Origin: Schmidtea nova
Lineage: Eukaryota
Length of the DNA stretch: 64,000 bases
Reading direction: 5' to 3'
Assembly (NCBI GenBank): GCA_044892505.1
Contig: CM097882.1
Location: 326,802,001 to 326,866,000, forward strand
Made by a program: the position numbers and the translations under genes
Notes under the pieces: model-generated
Database searches by the model: none
What the model was told of the DNA's origin: nothing
The model's input: only the letters and a program-made list of their open reading frames with translations
In this document: positions 22,600 through 33,001 of the stretch, in pieces
Position numbering within the stretch: the first letter of the stretch is position 1
Layout of the letters: every line of letters starts with the position of its first letter

Positions 22600-24140
22600 A
22601 CATCTAAGTATTAGGGAAACTTAAAAACTCCCATCAGAAATAATGTCCGAAGTGACATCAGCCAATATGAAGTGGTAAAGAGAGAAATGCACGAAATTCC
22701 CTTTCACGATCTAGGAAAATGCATTTAATCGAATCTACTGGCAAGGAGGCCTCAACAGGCCAATCGATGGTTTACGGAGGTCAAGGACGAAGCGGGAGAA
22801 GTGCATTATTCGGCTTGGGTATATCAGAAAGAGCATCTTTGATGTCATGGCAATTTCGTTACGATCTCTTCCCATCCCACCACAAGCAAAAGATCATCCG
22901 GACAACCGAAATTTTTTTCGATTCTACTTTATTAGAAACAACTGTGAAAATAGCGAGCATGGCAACAAAATCAGGGCTGTTATCACTAAGCCACCTAACA
23001 ATCTGGACAAGTCAAATCGTGAAACTTGCATAAATTACTCTTAAATTATTTTTAATATTTGATAATAAATTATCATGCTTATTTTAATTTAATTTTCGTA
23101 TTATTCTATTATTTTTGACAAACTGCGACAGTCGAACTCTAAGTTTGGTTGTATGAAATAAGGGGGAATGTCGATAAAAACAGAAATGCCTTCGAATATT
23201 TAACCAACACTAGTAAAGTTTGATATTTTTTCAGTGTGGCTCCAGAAAGAAATCGGAAAAATATAACTCTAAGTAAGTTTAATCGCTAAAAGGAACAGTG
23301 GAATAACATAGAGGTGGGAAATTGAAGTAGAGAATTCTGACCATGGAAGAGAACAACTTCACTCGCCAAAAGATGAGGAGTCAGATTGAAAGGGTCCATA
23401 GGGTCCAGCGAACGATCGTTGATTTACAATTAGAGTTGGATGCAGACCGGATGGAACTTCGTAACTGTCACCGCTAAATGACTAAGTCATTTATCACTAA
23501 AAATCTAAGCGGACAGATTTAACCTATCACATATGATACTTAGGTCGCTCCATTCGGAAAAGCCAAAAATAATGGATCAATTACAGACTCATCGAATTGG
23601 GTCAACCCGAATCTGAAGAACAAAGTTGGAGTGTGCCAAAATTCGAACGACAATTGACGGTGCAGATGATACACTTGGACGCTCTAACTGAACTGGACTT
23701 AATAGTAGAAGTCTGTCCTGTAACAGATGTGTCGCAATAGAATAAATACAATATTCTGTGTTCACATTACTTTCTAGGGTTAGTAGTGGCAGTATCTGTT
23801 GCCGTCCCGTACATTCAGCATATTAGATGAGAAAACTATGAGAATTTGTTGTCCCAATAAGTAGAAACCAACGACGGAACGGGTGGAATCTCAGAAATGA
23901 TCTTCTGTCGACCTAGTGAGCCTGAGTAGTGGCAAGCCGGTAGTAGTTGCTTCAGAAGCCACTTACCTGCCGACTTGCTCTACGCCGAGGTATGCATTAC
24001 CAACATGAGCAAACGAATGTTCATGGGCATGCTTTCGATGGAATTCTTTTATATAGATGTGAGAGAAGATTAACTAGACAATCACCGAAACTAATTTCCA
24101 GCAACACACCAACAATACTAACAACTTAAAATAGAAATTT
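22600..24140 (+). repeat. Unclassified element copy, homologous (inverted) to 26430-29400
   Basis: Shared anchors TAGTAGT..C..A...CTYACCTGCC, TACCAACATGA and AACACACCARCAATA between 23940-24120 (+) and 26440-26620 (-). Confidence 0.55.
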
Positions 24141-24294
24141 TCAATTTTTTTATTAATAAAAATACAAAAAAGGAATATATAAGGTATATATACGCACATG
24201 CATTAAATTAATAAAATAAAACATTAACACTCAAGTAATTATACATTAACACATAATACATTAAAATATAATCAAAAGCAAGAAATATCTATAA

Positions 24295-24575
24295 TGAAAA
24301 ATGCTATGGAAACATCATTAAATAAATATCTGGAAGAACCTGAAGAAGTGACCTCCTTCACTCATTAAACATTAAAGAAAGAGTTTTTGGTCGTGGAGGC
24401 TACAAATAAAAGAACAAAAAATTTAGATTTATTATTAAATCTGTAAAGACAATTAAGCCCAGTTCAGTAGCAAGTGATTGAGAATTTTCCATTTCTGACA
24501 ATTTTGTATCTAAATTAAGGACATAACTTAGTAGTTAATCTACTGAAGTTATTTGCTTTTTGAAGTCATAATTTA
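24295..24575 (+). pseudogene. hAT transposase C-terminal dimerisation domain remnant
   Basis: KTIKPSSVASD*EFSISDNFVSKLRT*LSS*STEVICFLKS matches the hATC pattern PxSSVxSERxFS...R.RL....LxFLK. Confidence 0.75.
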
Positions 24576-24580
24576 CATAT

Positions 24581-25884
24581 TGTTGGGCCAAAACTGCAAA
24601 TTGTTTAAATGAAGCGGTAACACAATAAGTAGAGAGTGTGCAAGATTCTAATTTAACCAAAGCATCAAGTAAAATCGAAGTAGTTAAGTGGAAACACACC
24701 TAAATATTAAAGTGGACCAAAGTGCATTAACAATTAGAGAGCGCGCAAGACTCTAATCTAAAGTCCCTTAATCAAAACATCAAGGAAAAATCAAAATAAT
24801 TAAAAGAAGCACGTCTAAAAAGCTAGGATAGACAAAAGACACATCGAATATGCACGTGGAGAACGCATTCATGATATAAAACCTCGATTGTGGAAATTTA
24901 GCATGTTTGCAGAAGGAAGATTACGATTTTATCTTAAAAATTCGTAAAAATATAAAAGAAAATGATTTTGATCGAAATTACAACAAATTTAATCAAATTA
25001 GAATAAACTTTAATTCAAAAGTAAAATTTTGGATAAAAAAGAAATTATTTAAAGTTTTATGAAAATTTGATGTAAAATTATTAATTTAGTTTTGCTGAAA
25101 ATTGTTAAAATTGATTTCCAAAAAATTAAAATCTTCTTCCAGAACGATTTGTTTTAATACCTCAATGGAATTAAAAATGCAGAAAATTTTACATAAATAC
25201 CTCCATCAAAATGGAGAAATTTAATGCTATTTTGCAAAAGATTTGCGGGGGAATTTTGTTGCTAAAGATTTTGAGGTTTTTAGCAGGGAAATTTTTACAA
25301 AGAATCTCTTACTACTAATATACCAGTGTGACTCTACCAGAATATTACGAAAGAAGATTTGTGATCGGGAATCGAATTATTCGTAAGAACTTTGATTTTG
25401 TTTCCTAATTATAAAGGCCCGCGAAATCATGCATTCGCTACCCGGCCTAGGTATTTTTCCTTATTTTAACCTTATTCTATATGTGTACTATATGATATTT
25501 TATGTATTCTTTTATGAAAATTATAATATTTTATATTCAAACTTTTATTAAATTTCCTCACATTTTCTCAGTTACTAATATCATTTTATTGTTATTTATC
25601 ATATATATATTTTTTTAATATTTTTTTATGTATTTCATTAAAACCAATTCCATACCCTCTGATATCTGTTCAGGCCTTGAGCCGTACGGGTGAAAGAAGT
25701 CTGAGCGGATCGCTGGTTCGAATCGTAATCGATCAGCCCATATTTCCGATTCAGGCGATACGCCCAAACATCCATGATCACTTCATTCCAACTGGGGAAC
25801 AGTGGCTTGGCCAAGGGCAAGGTTTTCATAATAATGATTATCAATTTATATTAATGTATTTAATTTGAATTATATTTTACAACA
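24581..25884 (+). mobile_element. ~1.3-kb LTR-like repeat (TGTTG...CAACA), best-preserved copy
   Basis: TG...CA termini with a 5-bp inverted repeat, TATAAAA near 24875, homologous copies elsewhere in the window. No TSD verified. Confidence 0.55.
25638..25829 (-). CDS. 63-aa orphan micro-ORF inside the LTR-like repeat
   Basis: MKTLPLAKPLFPSWNEVIMDVWAYRLNRKYGL...QRVWNWF*; disrupted homologs at ~47905-48090 (-) and ~57534-57730 (+) differ at several synonymous positions. Confidence 0.45.
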   Translation of the reverse strand: MKTLPLAKPLFPSWNEVIMDVWAYRLNRKYGLIDYDSNQRSAQTSFTRTAQGLNRYQRVWNWF

Positions 25885-26429
25885 TACAATAAATTAAGAT
25901 TTTATATCTTAATGAAAATCAACGTCAATTTGTCCAGTGTTATCTTTATTTCCATATAACTTATTAGTATAAAACATACAGCTCGTTATTCGCCTTCGCT
26001 TTCGCAAAAACCTTCTTATCTCTTCAGAACTTATGTACCAAATGGAAGTTGAAATTGTGAACATTGTTAAAAACAGATGCTCAAAGATCAATATAGTTAT
26101 TTAGATCTAGACAAAAGAATCGAATAATTGTCGATTTATAAAAAATTAAACCTCATAGAATTATATAAAATTACAAAGATTTGCTCGAAAACAACAGCTC
26201 AATGATTATTAGAAATGCTTCAAACATGTGAATAAAAATTGATTCCATCTATTTGAACTTCATTAAACCGAAGATTTTTGTAAAAATTTATAATTTATTT
26301 TATTTTTTTTTATATAAAATCTTTTAGGTTGAAATTAGACTGCGAAATTTTTGGATAAAATTTTATTATTGTATGGATTTTATGGAATTTCAAATTGGAT
26401 CTTAAAAATAAAAATTTACTTTTGTAGAT

Positions 26430-29400
26430 ACTATTGCTGGTGTGTTGGTTAGATGTTCAACTGAGATCATATTTGATTTTATGCCTTAGGGTGATCTCGC
26501 CAACATAAAAAAGCTTCCCCGCTGGCACCCATGATGTATCCCTAACTACTCATCATGTTGGTACTGTGTCAACGTTGTGAAATGACAAGGCAGGTGAGCA
26601 ACCTTGCGACTACTATTCCCTTGTTTATTCACGGGTCCACCACTACCGTTAGAAGGTCTGTGTGGTTTTGTTTCGGTCCCTTCCCTGTTGCTTAGTCTAT
26701 CGTCTAGGGTATATCCGATTTCCGTACGTCCTATGGCATAAAATGAATTGGTTTTGTTCAATCGTCTTTTTTATTTAAATGACACATACATTCCTCATTC
26801 GTTCAAGTCAATTAATTCAGTCAGAATACATTTATTTAGTTCAACAATACCGATTGGTTAATTACTGCGAGTAACTGCTTCTCGGTGAGACCACTCAGGA
26901 GGTCCACCTCAATTCCGATTCGCTCGGCGTACTTCCTTCGCTCCCGTCTTCTTTTCGCTCCTAACCGATTCCGTCGTTTCGTTCGTTTGGAGCCCTCGGG
27001 CTTCGGCATGCTTATCGTGGTGGTTGTCGTGGAGCCCAGATCCATCTCTGTCGGCACGCTTGTGGAGACACTTGTGGACTCTATCCAGCGGTCGAAAGTG
27101 CTGGCTCGGATGAGAGGTCGTAACTGTTGTGTTATGAAGTCCTTCGTCGACGCTCTCATGTAGTTGTTTAACTCTAGCTTCACGGCCGCCGTTTCCCGTG
27201 TTTGTTCTTCAGCCATTCGCTCGGCTCAATACCTAGCTTGTTGAATCGTTTTCACGCGCTCTGGGTGGAACCACGTGGTTATTACGACTTGATATTCCTC
27301 GCCTAACTGTCGCAATCTACTTTCGAGTACTTTGACCCGCAACATGGATTCTTTGGCCTCTTTTTTATAATCGTGGACTTTATTCGTGCTCATCCTAAAG
27401 ATGAAACTAGGATACGAACACTATGGTTATTACGGCCTTATGTCCACCTTCTACCCTCGAGAGGTATGTCACTGTTCATCCGAAACAACCGGTTCACTGA
27501 TTCGTCTGTCCTCCAAACATTCAGCATTTCGTAAATCAGCATCATGCATAGTATCATCCCTTCAACCCAAGTACAAATCTTTACACAACATTTATTTAAA
27601 TGATCACAATATTTTCAGATTTTTATAGAGCTTCAGGAGAACTCTACCAGTTCCTGATCATATTGTCTGTCCACCAGTCCCTTCCCGCCCGGTTGATAGA
27701 TTTCAGGGCACGGATCCCAGCATAGATGGTCATTAAAGACGAAGACCTCCCATAGTCTTCCGTTGCCTTCCTCTTGGTGTTGCTCCATATTGATACTTCC
27801 AGGCTCATTGAAGTATGGTTGCATTTCACCGGTGTGCATGCATCGTGGCCGATCCATCAGGATATAACCGAGCCTGTAGAGATCGTGGCCCGTCATTGAA
27901 TCGTTGGTCAATATCCATCGGGGTTGACGTTGTTGATTTTCGAATTGCAGAAACCACCGGATTGAGTTTTTGTTCGGGAAGCTCGGGAATATCGGCCACT
28001 CGGGGTCGCCTTCCCACCTGAGTCACACCTTGAATAAGCACGATTGTGATCGCGCAGCGGCATCCATGTGTCTGCGAACCCAAGCTCGGAGATATCGTCG
28101 AGCTCTGTCTGAAGTATACGCAGGGGCCATCTCAGCGTCTATGATCTCCAAATTTCGACTTTTGATGCGCGGCTGACGCCTTGGTCTTTTCCTATTCATC
28201 TAGAAAGAAGGGTGGGTTTTAATCTCAGACACCTGGAAAAGGGTTTAGCGTTCTTTCACGTCATTCATCTACAATCATACGCATTATTTAAAGTTTTTTC
28301 ACCTGAACTTCTCCGTGATAACTCATTTTTTATTATTGTTGTCAATTGTCATCTGATCGTTCGCTGTTCATCTCTTGTTAATAATGCTGATCAGTCCTAC
28401 ATCAATTGGAGGTAGGTACCGTAGGCCGACCTACGATCATCATCACATCACTATGTCGCTCACACAATTTAACTCTCATCATTCATTTATCTTTCTAATG
28501 TAACAGCAATCGCTGCATGCAGCCAAGCATGAGTTGTACATCAAATCAAGATTACTCTACTGCATACTGATTTATTCATCAGACCATACTTCATTCACTA
28601 AGCGACAATTTATTTATCAAGTACCGTTTGATTCATCCAACATTGATTTGTTCACCAAACTTGATTTATGCCAACAAACACTGTTTTACTTATCAAACAA
28701 GGATCATGTACATGTCGAAAATAAAGTCGAGGCAGTTAGTCGACCCTCGACGCTCAAAAAGTTTCTTTTTGACGCTTGTGAGACCTAATACGACCACCGG
28801 TGACGACCTATCTGCCTATGCGAGGCTCCCCTATTTGATTTCATATCGATATTTCTCGCATACACTCTCTTGATCGTATTGCCTTGTCATCATCGATCAA
28901 CCCTAATGGGATTTAGCCTTCGGGTAGTCTGACTTTTACCGATATCATTAAAAGAATCACTCTACTTGCATTATAACTTTGACATCTTATGTGCAACCTT
29001 TACCCCACAAATCAAATTTAGGACACTCATGGTCTCGCCACATCAACACCTCACATGAAAATGTGTTGTGCCGAGAAGCCGAGAATCCCGTCAGATCGAC
29101 TGACCTTCAGCACAAATCCTATGGATTTTACAATCATGAGGGTTTACATAAATAATAACTATAACCAAACTCACATACCTTTTATTTCAATACACGCCTG
29201 GTTCCAAATGCTTCTTTTACAACCTTTAGGTTTGTTTCAGAGATAGTAACTCGTAATGAGAAATTTCTCTCTTAGTAAAAAGTGACATAACATACTGATT
29301 TCGCTGCTGTATTTATACTGAATGACGTTGCTGGCCAGCCAATCAGAATTGAGCATGTGTGTGCATATTGATTACCTTTCATGGTTAGTGATTTTCTTTT
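26430..29400 (-). mobile_element. Unclassified GC-richer element with orphan ORF remnants and a TATA/CCAAT promoter
   Basis: ORF 26836-27216 extends upstream through one TGA (coiled coil, then RRNRLGAKRRRERRKY); ORF 27633-27911 ends GLVDRQYDQEL; TATAAATA at 29317-29310. Confidence 0.4.
29305..29350 (-). promoter_or_regulatory. Putative promoter (TATAAATA plus CCAAT box)
   Basis: Minus strand reads CTGATTGGCTGGCC...TGACG/CGTCA...GTATAAATAC; CCAAT-to-TATA spacing is promoter-like. Confidence 0.5.
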
Positions 29401-29467
29401 GTGTATTAATTTGATGAGTTATTGTTTGTTCATTATCATTCTTTTGTTAATCTTTGTTATGTTTTAG

Positions 29468-29720
29468 GTTATCATCGGTATCGGCCCACGCCTTTCAGAT
29501 TTTGGTTCCATCTGAGTAAGTTTTTGTATTGTTATTTATTTTTGATTTAATTCTTTTGTTAACTTTTCAGGCTTTGATGTGTACTGGTAATATGCAAACT
29601 GGTAGGTTATTTTGCTCAATTATTTGTTTTACTTACTGTTATTTTATTTTATTTATTTTTATGTTTTATTTTCAGATTGCTTGGCCCATCACTATATTAC
29701 GATAAATTTATAATAAAATA
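29468..29720 (+). ncRNA. Putative spliced non-coding transcript (micro-exons)
   Basis: Exons 29468-29515, 29571-29601 and 29676 onward, introns GTAAG...TTTTCAG (55 nt) and GTAGG...TTTTCAG (74 nt), AATAAA near 29712; no long ORF. Confidence 0.45.
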
Positions 29721-29870
29721 ATTATAAATAAAAAATTTTCCTAGAAATTTTTAAATCGAAAATAATTTTGGAACACATGAAAATTATAAATCAAAAATAT
29801 TATTATTATATTAAAAATTTTTATCATTTTATAAAATTCCAAATTTGAAATTTCGTAGAAAATTTACAAT

Positions 29871-29872
<2 letters not shown>

Positions 29873-29948
<76 letters not shown>
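29873..29948. repeat. (TA)n microsatellite
   Basis: Direct reading. Confidence 0.95.
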
Positions 29949-29950
<2 letters not shown>

Positions 29951-30109
29951 TTAAAATATAAAAATTAGAATTCAAAAATTTATATTATAAAAATTTGAAA
30001 TTTTATTATTATATAACTTTTATAAAATTATAAATTTAAAATTTGTAGAAAATATTATAAAATTATTATTATTATTTTAATTTTGAAAATATTTTATATA
30101 TTATTTCAT

Positions 30110-30560
30110 AAAATACCCCCCACGATATCACGAAAATAATTTTTCATCCATCTTTGCAACTTACTTCATCCATTTCATTCATTAGTAACATCCATATATA
30201 ATACCATACAAAGAATTCATTCGAACATCAACACACATACTATATCGTTTCACTCTTTAATATCTACTAGCATCACACATCCAGAAAATTCACACAAGAA
30301 ATTCATTCAACAACGTCTGTCTGCATCATACATCCAAAATTTGGACAAGCATTCACATCCATAATCCGAATTACCTATTTCATCCATCAAACTATTCAAC
30401 ATACAGTCACGAACAATCACAACATCCTATACCATCGATTATCCTCTTTGCAGTTATCACCATCTTACAGTAGGAATTCACTTATAACTATCAACACCCA
30501 GGTATAAATCCATCAACATCCATCATTCAACCATACCATGTATAAAATTAAATGTACCCA
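30110..30560. repeat. C/A-skewed block starting ACCCCCCACGATATC; related copy at ~53800-54320
   Basis: Shared start ACCCCCACGATATC...AAAATAAT...CATCC...CATCCATTTCA at both loci. Confidence 0.6.
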
Positions 30561-31377
30561 GCCAAACTTAGTGTAATCAAACAGGCCATTTACATTATAG
30601 TTTTATTTTACTTTTCAATTTACAAAAATTAGATAAAATAATAATTAACAAACGAAAAAGAATAAAAAACGAATTGACAATATCTCAAAATTTATTGATC
30701 AAAATTGACGGAATAAAAATCTCCGACAAGGATTTTATTTTGCAGTTCTTGAAGTGCCGGGTTCCAACGCATTCTCTTTAAGAATTTTTCTATAATTGTT
30801 TTAGATAAATTTTAATTCTTAAATAATCATAAATTTTAACTTGTCGACAAAGTTGGCAATTTTGCTTTGTAGGAGCTGAAATTCCAGTTTTTTTATTCAT
30901 TTTGGATGGGAGAATTCTTATCTGGCTTCATAGCTGCCGGCGGTACCCATCTTTTACTGGACTGGCCTTTAAAATCATTATTTAATAAAATAATTCAAAA
31001 TACTTACATTTGTAATACCGATACGATCTTTGAATTAAATTAATTTGTCTTTTGGATTAAATTTTATTTTTTAAATTGTTTTTTTAAATTTAAATTTTAT
31101 TGTTTCCAAACTTGATAAAATTACTGTTCATAGAATAATAAATAAAGTTTTTCTTAAATTTTAAATGCAGATTAAATTTTTTTTTAAAACAAAATATTCT
31201 ATGTATTAATTATCATAAGTTGCAATATTGTAAAACTTAAGGTTATGCTAGTGTTTTTGATGCTCAGAATGATTTATTTGGATGCAATAATAAAGTTATA
31301 GTTAGGTAGAATATTTATGTTGAATTGCCGATAAAATTTTGTTGAATACTTATAGATAAATCGTTGAAGAAGGGACA

Positions 31378-31605
31378 AAATGGGCATTAAACCTTCTATC
31401 GGTAGCCCTTGGACCCAGGAGATATTCGGACAATCATAGTTTCGTATTGACGACTCTCTCTGATTTCGAATATCCACCCATTTGTTGCATTACCAACGAT
31501 ACAATGTGACGGGCAACAAGATGGTTAATTCTAATGTTTTATGGGTTGAGTTGTTGATGAGAGCCATAGCAACATCAAGGTCATATTGACTATCAACAAC
31601 CCACC
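31378..31605 (-). repeat. 'VDRQYD' block, copy 2
   Basis: Long identical stretches with 55978-56200. Confidence 0.85.
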
Positions 31606-32003
31606 AATATTAAACAGTTAACTGTTAAACAATTGTTAACTTCTGTGATTTCTGTTAACATAGCATTTTTCATTATAGATATTTCTTGCTCTTGATTATA
31701 ATTTTCATCACTATTTAAACATCGCAGCCTCCTTTTTTATTAGCCATTGTACAAAATCAACACAAAACAAAAATCGAATGTATAAATTGTTATATGTGAA
31801 TTAATAATATTAAAATTCATTTAATATTATGAATTATAAATTTGTTTGAGTATTATTGGTATAAAATAGATTTTTTGAATTGTGTGATTTGCTTATTTAG
31901 TATTATTATTTCCGAATTGTGTAATTTACTGATTTAGTTATTATTATTTCCGAATTGTGGTAATTTACTTATTTAAATTGGTTAATTCTTCTATAGATAT
32001 AAC

Positions 32004-33000
32004 ATGGCGTCACGAACAGTTACGTTTGAGATAAAGGGATCCCTATATCTATACACAAGGAAGTGTAAAAGGGATGTGAGGACACATCTCGAGAATATAA
32101 CATCCTTTTTGGCGATGTTCGAGATGGAAGAGGCATAAAAAATGCGATTATTAAGAAGATATTTCGATCCAGAAATTTTATTCGAGGTGGAATCAAAAAT
32201 TACGTATGGAGAAGAAAACAACACAGTAGAGTGGTACACAAAAACATTAACAGAAATGTTCCCAATTAAAGAGTCAAGAGCCAAGAAGGTTAAAATTTTC
32301 CTATTGACCAAACAGGCCGAAGGAGAGACGATAGTTGATTTCAGTAGAAGGGTAAAAAGAACGACGAAAGACACAAAAGAAGATTGAAACAGAATAGAAT
32401 TAATGATCTTTAGAAAAGGTTTAAAAAGTAAAATCATGAGAAATACATTGAAAATATTGCGGCCCAAAACCATAGAAGAAGCTGTCGAACTAATAAAGGA
32501 AGAAGATGACCAGAAAGAAATAATTCCAGAATACAGATTATCACAACTACGAGAAGAGAGCTATAATGCATGGAGAGACGGGAAAGGAATTAATCAAGCG
32601 AAAGGAAACAACAACGGTAGATAAATGCGAGTAGATAAAAATGCCACATAGGAGTTAGAAGAATTAAGAAAAGAGATTAAGAGACTTCAGGAAATTATAA
32701 CAAATTTAAAAGAACCGAATAACCAAGATAGAAGTAGAAAATAATTCCTCAATGGACAACAAGCGGAATGTTACAATTGCGGCAAAACCGGTCATATTGC
32801 ACGTTTCTGCGAAGAAAAGAAGAAAGAAAGATGTTTCCGATGTAAGAAAACAGGACATATATCGAGCAATTGCCGAGAGTATCGAGAAAAAGTAACATGT
32901 TTTAATTGTAATAAAAAGGGACATATAAGTAGAGAATAAGTAGAAGACAAAGAAAAGTAAGCTAACAATGGAAGAGAAGTGGGCACAGTTTATCGAAGGT
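32004..33000 (+). pseudogene. gag: Gag of Gypsy C with three CCHC knuckles
   Basis: ATG at 32004 is in frame with ORF 32142; CYNCGKTGHIARFC, CFRCKKTGHISSNC, CFNCNKKGHISRE*; several stops. Confidence 0.85.
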
Positions 33001-33001
33001 A

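Noticed and set aside
30690-30970. eIF4G-like fragment (SSKRWVPPAAMKPDKNSP)
   Set aside because: Only a short RWVPP resemblance, followed by stops and no MIF4G motif; not enough to name.
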